Source: a virus
Lineage: Duplodnaviria > Caudoviricetes
DNA length: 64,000 nucleotides
IMG/VR virus record: IMGVR_UViG_3300046528_000065
Coordinates: 25,164 to 89,163 of that record
Direction: 5' to 3' (one strand)
In this document: positions 39,601 through 49,872 of the stretch, piece by piece
How positions within the stretch are numbered: position 1 is the stretch's first letter
Layout of the letters: every line of letters starts with the position of its first letter
Made by a program: the position numbers and the translations under genes
The notes under the pieces: generated by a model
Databases searched by the model: none
What the model was told of the DNA's origin: nothing
What the model saw: only the letters and a program-made list of their open reading frames with translations

Positions 39601-42154
39601 TGGACAAATGTTCAAGGCATTTGCTGAAGGTCAAGCCTCTCAAATTGACATGGCTAACCAGATTGGTCGTATCAAAGCTGACAAGTCTCTGGACGAAGCT
39701 ACGAAAGCAAAGCAGATTAATGATTTGCAGTTGCAAGGTGCTCAACAGCAGCTCGGCTCCTACGGCAACATGGCAGATGCCGCAAAAGGATTCTTTGACG
39801 AAAACTCCAAAGGCTACGAAGCAATGACCAAGGCTGCGATGATCTTGCATACAGCAGAAGTTGCCCTCAGCCTTATCAAAGGCGTCAACGCCATCCTGAC
39901 CCAAGGTGAAGGCGACCCCTATTCAGCGTTTGCTCGTATGGCTGCAATGACAGCGATGGTAGCTGCTCTTGGTGTTGCTGTAACTGGTGGAGGCAGCGGG
40001 GGTATGTCTTCCGCAGACCAACAGAGTGTGCAAGGCACTGGCAGTGTTCTCGGCTCCCCTACAAAGGTTACTGGCAACAAAGTTGAATTGGTGGGGCAGA
40101 AGAGTGAGTCTATTGCCAAGTCTCTATCCATCCTGGAAAAGAACTCTGGTCTTGGATTGGTTGTGCAGAACGACATGCTCGATGCAATGCGTAAGCTGAA
40201 TGATAACATCTCGGCATTTGCAGTGCAACTCGTAAGGTCAACGAATGTCAGCAATCCAGACGTTCACCTGAACACCAATAATGGCCTCGGCAAGACGGTC
40301 ACTTCGTTCCTGCTAGGCGGTCCGATTGGCCTCCTTGTGTCGAAGATTCCTGTAATTGGTAACATCCTGGGGAAGATCGGAACATCAATCTTTGGTGGCA
40401 AACAGACGCTGGATGACTCCGGCTTCACTTTGGGTAAAACGTCGCTAGGTAATGTTGCTGCTAATGGTGTCAATGCACAGTCGTACGCAAAGATCACGAC
40501 ATCTGGTGGGTGGTTCCACGGCGATAGCCACGACACTAAACTGTCCTCCCTCGGTGCTGACGCGAATAACCAGTTCACTCAGGTTATTCTGAGCATGTCT
40601 GACACACTCAAGACAGCGGCAACAGCCTTGGGAATGGATGGGGATGAGTTCAATAGAAAGCTCCAAAGCTTCGTAATTGATATCGGGAATGTCAGCTTCA
40701 AAGGTATGACTGGCGACCAGATTCAGACAACCTTGCAGAACATCTTCTCGAAGCTCAGCGATCAGATGGCGACGTTTGCTTTCTCTGATTTGCAGAAATA
40801 TCAGAAGATTGGCGAAGGGTTGATGGAAACTGTCACTCGTGTTGCCAACGATCTGATGCAAGTGAAAGACGTGTTTGATGTGCTCAGTAAAACCATCCCT
40901 AAAGGAATGGCGGCTATCGCAGCATCTGAGCAACTAATCACTCAGTTTGGTAGTGTGGATAATCTCACTAAAGGTGTCAAAGCCTACATGAGTGCAATCT
41001 ACTCCGACCAGCAAAAGCTTGACCCTGTTATCAAGTCTGTCAATACAGCGATGGCTAGTCTTGGACTCTCTAGTGTTAAGACCAAGCAGGCGTTCAAGGA
41101 TGTTGTGGATGGAGCTGACATCACGACAGAGGCAGGCGCAAAGCTGTTCGCCACGCTGATGAATATCGCCCCTGCATTTGGGCAGATTATTGACGAAGCG
41201 GATAAGGTTAAGGAGTCGGCAGTTTCTGATGCTCGCAGTGCGCTCACAGATGCGTACAACCGCGAAGCTGAAGCAATCCAGAATGCGCAGAGCAACATGG
41301 AGGGCTTCGTCAAGACGCTGAAGAATCTGCAAAAGAGCACCCTCCTTGGCGATTTGTCTCCTCTCACGGCTCAACAAAAATACCTTGAGGCTAAGTCGCA
41401 ATTCGATCAGATTGCAAAGGCTGCACAAGGTGGTGATGTGGATGCACAAGGCAAGTTTGAAGGTGCTTACACATCGTTCCTGGAAGCTTCTAAGCTCGTC
41501 AATGCAAGCGGTGAGCAGTATCAGCAAGACTTCCTGTATGCGCAGAAAGTCACGCAGGAAGCTACGTCTTGGGCAGAGAAACAAGTTGATGCTGCAAAGG
41601 CTGCTCTCGACGCACTGAACAAACAAGTTGAGGGAATGCTCACTTTGAATAACAGTATTCTCACTGTTACCGAAGCGATCAATAAACTCATCGAAGCTCA
41701 GGGCACTGGCGCAACTGATTCGGCATCTAATCGTGCACAGAAGTCGATTGAGTCGCTATACGGCGCAATCCTGCAAAGGCACTCCGATACGGAGGGTATG
41801 CAGTTCTGGAGCAACGCCCTGATGAATGGTGTTTCACTTTCGCACATCGCAAGTGAAATGGCGAGTAGCCCTGAAGCACGTGGGCTTGTAGCTGCGCCTA
41901 CAACTGCAATCACTCCTGTCACAGCACTTCAAAGCAGCTCAAATAGTTCGTCTAGCGCGGATATCGCTGTCGCCCTTTCGGACATGAAGGTTGCCTTGGA
42001 TGAAGTGAAGGCCACGATTGCAGAAGGTAATCAGAGCACTGTTGGTGCGATTTACGACTCACAAGACAAAGCAGCAGATAAAACTGTTGACGGTTTTGAG
42101 GGCGTATTTAACGCCGACAGCAAGACGCGCATGTATAAAGTCGAAGCACGGTGA
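36632..42154 (+). CDS. Tape measure protein
   Basis: 1840 aa, Ala/Gln/Lys-rich helical; lambda-type TMP segment RELMVLGHELSQG.F..FGGSL. Confidence 0.92.
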   Translation: MSLEASSLTINVVSQGISDATKALEALAKAGDAAEKGTSNIGKGAAAASKAAQDSAKAGVDAAQQAASQYNAIIDMMTEKSKTYYADKAAKAAIAAQQELFDGMSVVDKLWAHRDETMQKEAAARAKESADIRAQQQSIMDAAIARYAAEQELANKMNASYDKRVSTSVEDAHAAAIIEDKKRAWQALGQVQSEAIRINKELDAAQKRVEDDHGRAILEDKRRAWKALGQAQSEAQSINAKLDRDSQQAKADGDAFVAMLKKQAETVGLTTKELREYNAEQLRTKAAQLGVSQQVEQHIQTLQKAKGPHESFNLLTAGSARELMVLGHELSQGSFQRFGGSLIVLGERINFLPSLLEKAGAAAAFLGVGLGVLIAAIAAVVALVATSVIAYNKSSTAMKEMRNEVILTGGSIGATGDQLYAMSNRIGEATGNFGKAREAVLGLAATGRFTAEQINMIAEAAVGMEKYGGVAIENTIKQFERLAAEPLKAADKAFKGVSDAAMQLDQQLHFLEPTVLAEIMHLERIGDVSGASKVAISALAEEEKSRIAELKSQLTPLGAVLDTIGEKASKMWHNLFHKESMQDQLQQVSDQITETLSHLATSGDKGWQMKHLGELMKLSNDIQGKMAAGERAAADKAAKVREDNETKLGAIQLRNLFERSKSEESFEQRKMKFEENLAKQRAKAAADPAYAKAMEDLISPSAEKSMLEKIKKDSMQAEKKPRGEGLSGIDEQIAAIASQYDVQKRIADNEIKLIDAKNKAGLLSDSAAERAKSDLLDQEATENVARLDKELAVIDAFHTKDVRLANEAAKKRADIEKQLTIAKENIQLKKDLNGILPDARAEKEQQDADAASQKVIEQTAKQTMAIQNKIDAYNRLPESVRAAGITEKQMQDEITQSEIDWYDQKIASIALLGPASDEEIKRLTAEKNALKQKTAAQKEWETIQAKNNAALNQPAALNKVATEQIKMWKDAGNEIEKSLTRAFGNAGKAAGQMFKAFAEGQASQIDMANQIGRIKADKSLDEATKAKQINDLQLQGAQQQLGSYGNMADAAKGFFDENSKGYEAMTKAAMILHTAEVALSLIKGVNAILTQGEGDPYSAFARMAAMTAMVAALGVAVTGGGSGGMSSADQQSVQGTGSVLGSPTKVTGNKVELVGQKSESIAKSLSILEKNSGLGLVVQNDMLDAMRKLNDNISAFAVQLVRSTNVSNPDVHLNTNNGLGKTVTSFLLGGPIGLLVSKIPVIGNILGKIGTSIFGGKQTLDDSGFTLGKTSLGNVAANGVNAQSYAKITTSGGWFHGDSHDTKLSSLGADANNQFTQVILSMSDTLKTAATALGMDGDEFNRKLQSFVIDIGNVSFKGMTGDQIQTTLQNIFSKLSDQMATFAFSDLQKYQKIGEGLMETVTRVANDLMQVKDVFDVLSKTIPKGMAAIAASEQLITQFGSVDNLTKGVKAYMSAIYSDQQKLDPVIKSVNTAMASLGLSSVKTKQAFKDVVDGADITTEAGAKLFATLMNIAPAFGQIIDEADKVKESAVSDARSALTDAYNREAEAIQNAQSNMEGFVKTLKNLQKSTLLGDLSPLTAQQKYLEAKSQFDQIAKAAQGGDVDAQGKFEGAYTSFLEASKLVNASGEQYQQDFLYAQKVTQEATSWAEKQVDAAKAALDALNKQVEGMLTLNNSILTVTEAINKLIEAQGTGATDSASNRAQKSIESLYGAILQRHSDTEGMQFWSNALMNGVSLSHIASEMASSPEARGLVAAPTTAITPVTALQSSSNSSSSADIAVALSDMKVALDEVKATIAEGNQSTVGAIYDSQDKAADKTVDGFEGVFNADSKTRMYKVEAR

Positions 42155-42207
42155 TGCGGGAGGCCCCTTGCGGGGCTTCTCCATTCCCTCTTTAGAAAGG
42201 ATTAATA

Positions 42208-43698
42208 ATGGTTGATTTTACGGCTTGGCTCTCTGACCCTGCTGTTCCTCGCATAGTGTTGTTGGAAGTGAAGGTAAAGAGCAATGGGCAGGAAATTACT
42301 CGATACCTTTCTACAGGGGCTTTTATCTCATCTTCCACCGACTCTCCACCAGACCAGTATTATGAGCCTATCCTCGTAGGCGGCCTCCAGTTCACTGAGA
42401 AGCTTGATATTGATGGTAATGGTGGGCTGTCTGGTGGAGATATCGACGTTGCCAATTATGGCGGTGAGCGAGATGTCTGGTTAGATGACATTTGGGATAA
42501 TCGTGATATAATTGCTTGGATTGGTGATCCAAGGTGGAACAAGTCTGATTTTCAGATGATTTTTAACGGTGTGGTTGCTACGATTGATAGCAAGTCCAAA
42601 GACACCCTTACGCTGCAATTGCGGGATAAGTTGCAACGGCTTAATAGCCCTGTCACTGATAAAAAGGTTGGTGGTACAGGCACGAATAAAGATGAAGTGG
42701 TAAGCCTCACATTTGGTGAAGCACATAACGTCACACCAACTTCTGTCACGGATACAAATGCGGGAACAACAGGCCAATACCTGACATACAAGATTCATGA
42801 TGGTCCTGTCGAGGACATCATAGAAGTAAGGGACAACGGCATTCCTGTCAGCTTTACGAAGAACGTTAGCAACGGTACGTTCGTACTGAGTAACGCATCT
42901 TTCGGCACTGTCACAGCATCCGTGCAAGGCGACAAGAATCCGACATATGTCACGACCATTGCAGGCATTGTAAAGCGCCTAGCGACTGGCTACGGCACAG
43001 CAACCACACGATATGCAACGTCTGACATTGATGCTTCAAGCTTCGCCTCTTTCGACATAGACCATCCTCAGCAAGTCGGTGTGTTTGTCTCCGGTGGCGA
43101 TAACCTCCTAACCACTTGCCAAGATATTGCTCACAGCGTCGATGCAAGGCTTGTCACGTCTCGACTTGGTTTGCTAAAGCTGCTGCAAGTGAGGATTCCT
43201 TCTGTCAATGAGGTGGCGTATGCAATTACTCAAGACGTGATGACCAAGAATTCTTTGAAGATTTCGTCCAGGCCACTCGTTAAAGCATCTGTCACACTTG
43301 GATTTAATAAGAATTGGACAGTGCAGGAAAACTTGGCAACTAACATCCCTGACGAACATAAGAAGATGTATGGGGAAGAATGGCTCAGTGTGACATCTAC
43401 CAATGACGCGGCTAAAGCAGATTACAAGCTGAATGACGCTCCACCGCAAACTGACACGATGTTGCTCACCCGTGTTACAGCGCAGGCTGAGGCGGATAGG
43501 CGCAGGGACATGTGGAGCGTTCCTCGTACAGTGTTGCAGTTTGAAGGCACAGCAGAACTTATCGGGGCATTGTCCCTTGGTATGCCTGTCTCCATCACAC
43601 ATCCTCGCTTTGGCCTTGCAAATGGCAAAAACGGAATCGTCACAACACTGTCCCCTAATTGGTTTACAGGAAGAATAACAGTAGAAGTTTTAGTGTAA
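42208..43698 (+). CDS. Tail tip/hub protein
   Basis: Follows TMP; TFGEAHNVTP...HDGPVEDIIEVRDNG. Confidence 0.7.
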   Translation: MVDFTAWLSDPAVPRIVLLEVKVKSNGQEITRYLSTGAFISSSTDSPPDQYYEPILVGGLQFTEKLDIDGNGGLSGGDIDVANYGGERDVWLDDIWDNRDIIAWIGDPRWNKSDFQMIFNGVVATIDSKSKDTLTLQLRDKLQRLNSPVTDKKVGGTGTNKDEVVSLTFGEAHNVTPTSVTDTNAGTTGQYLTYKIHDGPVEDIIEVRDNGIPVSFTKNVSNGTFVLSNASFGTVTASVQGDKNPTYVTTIAGIVKRLATGYGTATTRYATSDIDASSFASFDIDHPQQVGVFVSGGDNLLTTCQDIAHSVDARLVTSRLGLLKLLQVRIPSVNEVAYAITQDVMTKNSLKISSRPLVKASVTLGFNKNWTVQENLATNIPDEHKKMYGEEWLSVTSTNDAAKADYKLNDAPPQTDTMLLTRVTAQAEADRRRDMWSVPRTVLQFEGTAELIGALSLGMPVSITHPRFGLANGKNGIVTTLSPNWFTGRITVEVLV

Positions 43699-43707
43699 AG
43701 GAAAATA

Positions 43708-46700
43708 ATGGCAGCGATTGTTAATGACCGTGATGTACTCCTAGAATCCGGCCCGCGTAAAGTGCTCACAGCATCCAGCGACTTGCTCGTGATTCCAGGC
43801 ACGTCCACGTTTCATGTGAGTGTAGACGGTGTTCATAGCCCCGATGTAATCACGATTAAACTCACTCCTGTTGGAGTGGATGGCCCGTTCACGTTTGCAC
43901 CGCAGGGCTGCACGCTGACGAACATCACTGCCACTACTGCCGATGTTACCTACTCTAGCATGACTGGGCCAACTGCCATCATCTCTGCGACGGCTGCAAA
44001 CGGTGGAGCACCTGTTACGCGGTCGTGCATTCTTGGCGTGATTAAGGATGGTGCTGTCGGCACTGTGTCATATACTTGGGTGAAGTATGCTGACTCTGCG
44101 GTTGGTGCAGGGCTATCTGACGATCCCGCTGGTAAGAGTTATATCGGTCTTGCGTACAACAAGCCTACTGCCACGGAGTCTACAACTCCTGCCGATTACG
44201 CTTGGTCCCTTATCAAGGGTACTGACGGCGTACCCGGTGCAAAAGGTGCAGATGGCGTACAGCTCTACACATGGATTAAGTACGCAGACTATGTAACAGG
44301 CGAGGGTATGTATGACACACCGAATAATAACACTCTTTACATTGGCCTTGCAACGAATAAGTTTACCAGCACTGAATCTAACACTCCTGCTGATTATACA
44401 TGGTCACGATTCAAGGGCGAGCAAGGCGTCCCCGGCCCAGCTCTCTACACATGGATTAAATACGCTGATGACGCTGTAGGAACGAATCTTACCGACGATC
44501 CAACCGGCAAGTCATACATTGGTTTCGCCTACAACAAACCTACCGCTGTTGAGAGTACAACTCCGACAGACTATACGTGGTCACTTAATCAGGGTGGTCA
44601 GGGCGTTCCAGGACCGAAGGGTACGGATGGACAAACTCTTTACACGTGGATTAAGTACGCAGATGTGTCGGATGGCACAGGCTTGTATGACGTTCCTAGT
44701 GCATCGACACAATACATTGGTATTGGCGTAAATAAAACCTCAGCTACTGAATCGACACTGAAAACAGACTACGTATGGTCGAAATTTAAAGGCGATCAGG
44801 GCGTTCCTGGACCTGCATTATATACATGGATTAAGTATGCGGATTCGGCAAATGGTGCGGGACTTACCGACGATCCGACAGGGAAAGCGTATATTGGTTT
44901 TGCTTACAATAAGCTGACAGCAACAGAGGGCACTGACCCTACCGAATACACGTGGTCCCTTAATCAAGGAGGCCAAGGTGTGCCGGGACAGCCCGGTAAG
45001 GATGGCACGACGTTCTACACATGGATTAAATACTCTGATAGCGCAGATGGCACAGGTTTATATGATGTTCCAAATGCATCTACTGTGTATATCGGCATTG
45101 CTGTCAACAAACCATCCGCAACAGAGTCTAATACCCCTTCTGATTATACATGGTCGAGGTTTAGGGGCGCAGATGGCGTAAGTGTTAAAGGTGACCCTGG
45201 CACGCGCGGCGCAGGCCAGTATTACGCCACTGGTAACGGTTGGACAGATTCAGCAGCGGAATCGGCTACGCCTGGAGCGAGTGTTGCAGGGGACGTTGTT
45301 ACCATTTCCAATGGCTCCACATTCGCGCTAACAAAGAAGTATGACGGCAGCGTGTGGCAGCCAATGGGTGCAATTTATGATGGTAGCCTTTTCGTCACAG
45401 GTTCGATTAACGGCGCAGCACTGAAGGCAGGTACTGTCGAGATTCGTGACTCGCAAGGTAGGCTGCTGCTTGGTGTCGGAGACTTTGACGCAACTAGCGG
45501 GGGAGTTGCTGGTGCGGTGGATCGTGCGTCTACCACCTCTACATGGAACGGAGTAACTGGGGCTGGCAAACCTTCAGACAACGCAAGTTCGGACGTAGTG
45601 TTAGTTGGTAGGAATGTGACTGTTGCAGGCAACACCCTCACCAAGACGGGTGGCACTTTTGGTTCATGGGATGCTGACGCATACTCCGTAGACAGTTTCA
45701 CCGGAGGTGCGTATGCTGCTGCGCTGGTCGTGGACACGTCTCATTCGATCATGTTTGGATTGAACAGCGATCCACTGACGGACAGTAACTTTGCCAGCAT
45801 AGATTATGCCATTTATCTGGATGCTGGTTCCAATCCGCCTGCTATACGCATTTACGAAAACGGTTCGGTGCCAAGTGGAAATACCGGCACAACCACTTAT
45901 GGTACACCTGCGACAGGCGATATCTTTGCTGTTGCGTATGATGGGTCGTCTGTAAAGTATTTGCAAAACGGCGCTGTGTTTTATACGTCAGTGCTCCCAA
46001 CATCAAAAGCACCTAACCAGAAGTTATTTTTCGATAGCTCTATTGCGCACACAGGCGGAACTCTAAAGAACGTACGCTTTGGGCCGCTCTCATCGAACAA
46101 CTGGAACAGCATCGGTGGTACGGGTAAACCTTCTGACTTCGCCACTGCCGGTGCTGCTGACGCTGCTACGTCGTTCGGTTTCAATCCGCAGTTCTCTAAT
46201 TGGGATAACACTGCGTATCCGGCTGGTTGGGCTGCATGGAGTGGGCCACAACCAGCCAAGGAAACGTCTAATGTACGTACATCGCCATACGCTGTCCGTT
46301 GGACCGTGAGCGGGAATACAGGAATGGTCACGAGCACTTTCACGTTCCCCACACCACTCCCGGCTGGAACCTTTGTAGAAGGTGCGTACGACATTAACAT
46401 CCTCGGCAATGCTGGCGGAGGTAGTCCAGGCTACTTAATTAGGCTATTCACGAACTCGGCGTTGAACGATTTTGATGACACCTATGTTCCAGTGTTGGAC
46501 AAGACAGTGACAGGTTGGCAGCGTGTCCCATTCAGTGCGAGGACAACATCCGGTACCCGCCGCATTTATGCCATTCAGGTGTATCAGATGGCGTCCTACA
46601 ATAACATGCCGGGTGGGTCCTGGGCAAACGGCTCTATCTGCATTTTCGACAACCTGACGTTCGATATCAGTGCAGCGTCTAGCGATCCTCAAGGGCTTGT

Positions 46701-47688
46701 GCCGAGTATCACGGATGCATCTAAGACGGCGCTCTGGACCAACATTGTGGGCCAGACAAACGCGCCCGCCAATAACGCCACTGTAGGCGCTCCATCCGGC
46801 ACCCTCGTGGGCAACACGCTGGCACAAACAGTGGAGTCGAATGCAGCAGCAGGCGCCGCAGCAAGCACCGCGCTGTCGAACAAGCTGAACAAATCCGCAG
46901 CAGACATCCTAAGCGGACAGATCACAGTTTCTACAGGTGGTGCTGTGCAGGTCGGTACTGCTGCATGGACAGGCACATCTGCAACCGGCACTGGCATTGT
47001 AATCTCTCCGAAAGGTATCGCGGGCGTAAATGCCGGTAAGGTTGGGTTCAGCATCACCAGTTCGGGGGATGCTGCATTTGGCGGGCAACTTACAGCAGCA
47101 TCCGGCACGTTTAGTACGTTGAATGTTAATGCTGGTGGATACATATCGACGCCAAACTACACGAGCTACAACTGGCCGACCGACGGTTCCACCGGCTTCT
47201 GGCTGGGGCCGGAAGGTCTGCTGCTCGGCAACGGGCGCGGTCAGCAGTGGTTCCTCGTGAACGCGAAGGGCGAAATTGACGCACCGGGTTTCAGTCTCAA
47301 ACTCGGCCAACTCACCCTGACCAACCCGATCATCGTCACTCCGAATATCAGCGGGGGTTCTGTCTCTGGAACCACGACGCTGCCGAAGCCCACTACGACG
47401 GGCACATCTCCAATCAACTCCAGCGGTGCAAATGGCAGTCGGTCGTGGAGTATTTCCGTAACACCAAGCGGCGGATCGGGGGCCTACACCTATTCATGGA
47501 GTCTCGGTGGTGCGACGGACCCCGGGTATAAGCTCACTGGATCAACTACGTCTCAATCCGTGAACGTCAGTGCCGGTGGGTCGAACACGCAGATAATCGC
47601 GCAGCCGCAATGCGTAGTGACAGATAGCAACGGTTTATCAACGCTGTTCACTACATCCATATCCGCCACTTTCGGGACACCAGCATGA
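43708..47688 (+). CDS. Tail fibre/host-specificity protein with six YTWIKYAD repeats separated by collagen-like triplets
   Basis: Repeats at about 44071-45200; carbohydrate-binding-like beta domains downstream. Confidence 0.8.
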   Translation: MAAIVNDRDVLLESGPRKVLTASSDLLVIPGTSTFHVSVDGVHSPDVITIKLTPVGVDGPFTFAPQGCTLTNITATTADVTYSSMTGPTAIISATAANGGAPVTRSCILGVIKDGAVGTVSYTWVKYADSAVGAGLSDDPAGKSYIGLAYNKPTATESTTPADYAWSLIKGTDGVPGAKGADGVQLYTWIKYADYVTGEGMYDTPNNNTLYIGLATNKFTSTESNTPADYTWSRFKGEQGVPGPALYTWIKYADDAVGTNLTDDPTGKSYIGFAYNKPTAVESTTPTDYTWSLNQGGQGVPGPKGTDGQTLYTWIKYADVSDGTGLYDVPSASTQYIGIGVNKTSATESTLKTDYVWSKFKGDQGVPGPALYTWIKYADSANGAGLTDDPTGKAYIGFAYNKLTATEGTDPTEYTWSLNQGGQGVPGQPGKDGTTFYTWIKYSDSADGTGLYDVPNASTVYIGIAVNKPSATESNTPSDYTWSRFRGADGVSVKGDPGTRGAGQYYATGNGWTDSAAESATPGASVAGDVVTISNGSTFALTKKYDGSVWQPMGAIYDGSLFVTGSINGAALKAGTVEIRDSQGRLLLGVGDFDATSGGVAGAVDRASTTSTWNGVTGAGKPSDNASSDVVLVGRNVTVAGNTLTKTGGTFGSWDADAYSVDSFTGGAYAAALVVDTSHSIMFGLNSDPLTDSNFASIDYAIYLDAGSNPPAIRIYENGSVPSGNTGTTTYGTPATGDIFAVAYDGSSVKYLQNGAVFYTSVLPTSKAPNQKLFFDSSIAHTGGTLKNVRFGPLSSNNWNSIGGTGKPSDFATAGAADAATSFGFNPQFSNWDNTAYPAGWAAWSGPQPAKETSNVRTSPYAVRWTVSGNTGMVTSTFTFPTPLPAGTFVEGAYDINILGNAGGGSPGYLIRLFTNSALNDFDDTYVPVLDKTVTGWQRVPFSARTTSGTRRIYAIQVYQMASYNNMPGGSWANGSICIFDNLTFDISAASSDPQGLVPSITDASKTALWTNIVGQTNAPANNATVGAPSGTLVGNTLAQTVESNAAAGAAASTALSNKLNKSAADILSGQITVSTGGAVQVGTAAWTGTSATGTGIVISPKGIAGVNAGKVGFSITSSGDAAFGGQLTAASGTFSTLNVNAGGYISTPNYTSYNWPTDGSTGFWLGPEGLLLGNGRGQQWFLVNAKGEIDAPGFSLKLGQLTLTNPIIVTPNISGGSVSGTTTLPKPTTTGTSPINSSGANGSRSWSISVTPSGGSGAYTYSWSLGGATDPGYKLTGSTTSQSVNVSAGGSNTQIIAQPQCVVTDSNGLSTLFTTSISATFGTPA

Positions 47689-48239
47689 TATACGCAGAAA
47701 TCGACGCAAACAAAAATCTGATCCAAGTGATTACCACGGACGACACACCTGTTCGTGATGACTACACTTACAGGGAGATTAACCAGGAGCAGATGCCAAG
47801 CTGGGCACACCCTACTCCCACGTCAGTTTTACGGTGGGAGGATGCCTGGGATGTACCTGCATGGGTTGAAACAGCATCTCTGGCGGAACTCAAGCTAAGT
47901 AAGCGCGCTGAAATTACAGCAGCAAGACTTGCTGCAGATAGCGACCATTTCACATATCAAGGTAAAGAAATTAAGACGGCAGATAAGGACATGTTTGATC
48001 TGCTTGTTGCTGATGCGAGAATTAGCAAGTGCGCTGACGGGGAGATGCCGCCAAATTGGCCCGGTGGTTGGAAAGCAATCGATAATACATACTTGCCAAT
48101 CACCTCCAAAGAGGCGTGGAATGCATTCTTCATTGCAGCGTACGATAAAGGGGTGATTAATTTTTTGCACTCACAGCAGCTAAAGAGGCAATTGGATGAT
48201 GTCACCACTCCCGAAGAAATGGCTGCAATCACTTGGTAG
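47685..48239 (+). CDS. DUF4376-like tail fibre assembly protein
   Basis: LAELK..KRAEI.AAR...WKAIDN...AAITW. Confidence 0.75.
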   Translation: MIYAEIDANKNLIQVITTDDTPVRDDYTYREINQEQMPSWAHPTPTSVLRWEDAWDVPAWVETASLAELKLSKRAEITAARLAADSDHFTYQGKEIKTADKDMFDLLVADARISKCADGEMPPNWPGGWKAIDNTYLPITSKEAWNAFFIAAYDKGVINFLHSQQLKRQLDDVTTPEEMAAITW

Positions 48240-48278
48240 CACTGGCGTGCGCCCCTCCTCACAATATAAAGGGCCAAC

Positions 48279-49082
48279 ATGGCAAACATGAGAATCATCT
48301 ACGACAATGCGGCTGACAGGGCGACATTGCAATCTACAACGCAACTTGTCCCAACCACTCCACTCACCTTTCTGCAAAACGATGTTAAGTCGAAGGTTTG
48401 CCGTACAACCTTTCTTGCCAGCGGGATGCTTAACATTACAGCCACATGGGCAACACCTGAAGCAATTGATGCTGTAGTGTTGGCGTTCACCAACGCTGAT
48501 GCGACATCCACACTTCGAGTTGTGGCCTATGCCACCGCCGCTGATACAGTTCCAATTTACGATAAAACTGTCAGTGCTGTGAAGGCCTCCTTCAGCGGGC
48601 ATGCTGGCATTCCTGCCCCCGTATATGCAAGCCACTGGTTCGACAGTACTGTCAGCGTAGGTAAGCTGCAAATCACGCTTGCAAGTGTCGCGGGTACGCA
48701 AGTGCAGGCAGGGCGTCTTATCGTTGGCAAGCGATGGACGCCTGTATTCGGTGCAGATCAGCAAGGCACAACAATGTCTATCGTTGATATGAGTGAGCAG
48801 TTCCGCACAGACTCTGGCGATATGTACGTGAATGTTAAGCCGCAATATCGGAAGCAAACTTTGGCGATGCCTTCTCTCGATAAGATTGATAGGGCGAAGA
48901 TGTGGCAAGTGTTGTATAGGAACGGCTTGGCGAAGCCCCTGTACATTAGTTTGTACCCTGAGAATGCTGATGGTGAACTGGAGCAGATGCATCAGATTTA
49001 TGGCAGGCTCGTTACGACACCTGTGATGTCAACGCCGTATTTTCAACATATGGCAGCAACAATAGAAATTGAGGAAGTATGA
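48279..49082 (+). CDS. Minor tail protein (distal-tail-like)
   Basis: MRIIYDN..DRATL...GRLIVG..W.P...RT.SG; structural context. Confidence 0.6.
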   Translation: MANMRIIYDNAADRATLQSTTQLVPTTPLTFLQNDVKSKVCRTTFLASGMLNITATWATPEAIDAVVLAFTNADATSTLRVVAYATAADTVPIYDKTVSAVKASFSGHAGIPAPVYASHWFDSTVSVGKLQITLASVAGTQVQAGRLIVGKRWTPVFGADQQGTTMSIVDMSEQFRTDSGDMYVNVKPQYRKQTLAMPSLDKIDRAKMWQVLYRNGLAKPLYISLYPENADGELEQMHQIYGRLVTTPVMSTPYFQHMAATIEIEEV

Positions 49083-49591
49083 CTAAGTATTCTGAAATCC
49101 GAAACACTCTACAGTCGGGTGACATAATCGCATTGAGCCACCGACAGTGGGACTCCATTGCTGACATTGAATCGCAGATTGTCAAGTGTGCGACTCAAAG
49201 CGAGTACTCCCACGTTGCTATCGTGCTTGTTATGGAAGGCGTCCCCTTCCTCGTTGAGAGTGTCGTTCCTTTTGTTCGCATCATGCCACTGGATAACTTG
49301 GAAGAAGATTTCTATTTGGTGAGGACAGGTATGTCAGTGTCACAGCAAGAACGTGAGTTCATGTTCTCCCAAGTGGCTGTAGGTGCATACAGCAAGCTCC
49401 AAGCTATCGAGGCCCAGCTAGAAATGCTTAAGATTGGCAGTGATAACGTCTGGTCGTGCGCGGAATTTCTCATTTGCGCTCGTAAGTTTTCTGGCATGTC
49501 TATCAATACAAAAGCTACACCCGCAGCCGTTATTAAATTCCTTCTAGACGAGAAGGGCCTTACCCTAAACTATATATCGAAGGAAACATGA
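49079..49591 (+). CDS. Permuted papain-like NlpC/P60 (YiiX/YebB-type) enzyme
   Basis: LQSGDII...SEYSHVAI...VESV...WSCAEF (His precedes Cys). Confidence 0.8.
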   Translation: MTKYSEIRNTLQSGDIIALSHRQWDSIADIESQIVKCATQSEYSHVAIVLVMEGVPFLVESVVPFVRIMPLDNLEEDFYLVRTGMSVSQQEREFMFSQVAVGAYSKLQAIEAQLEMLKIGSDNVWSCAEFLICARKFSGMSINTKATPAAVIKFLLDEKGLTLNYISKET

Positions 49592-49872
49592 TGGACACAG
49601 CAAACGTACTACTAATGGCGCTACAAGGAATCACAGGGGCATTCTGCTGCGTGATCTGGAGCATGCTTACAGACATCAAGAAGAAGGCAGACAAGAACGC
49701 TGACGAGCTTGCTGTGTATAAGATTCTTGTGGCTGAACGTCACATCACCAAGACGGAGCTTAAAGATTCGGTGGACTCCATTAATCAAGCGTTCGAACGT
49801 CATGCTTCGAGGATTGACGTGCGACTGGATCGACTCGAACAGCGAATCTTAGAGATGAAGGATCACCAATGA
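49588..49872 (+). CDS. Holin-like or lysis-associated membrane protein
   Basis: N-terminal TM helix plus coiled coil, upstream of endolysin. Confidence 0.55.
   Translation: MMDTANVLLMALQGITGAFCCVIWSMLTDIKKKADKNADELAVYKILVAERHITKTELKDSVDSINQAFERHASRIDVRLDRLEQRILEMKDHQ

Noticed and set aside
44071-45200. CRISPR array or DGR template/variable repeats
   Set aside because: The repeats are protein-coding and degenerate at synonymous positions; no reverse transcriptase or identical repeat-spacer units were found in the window.
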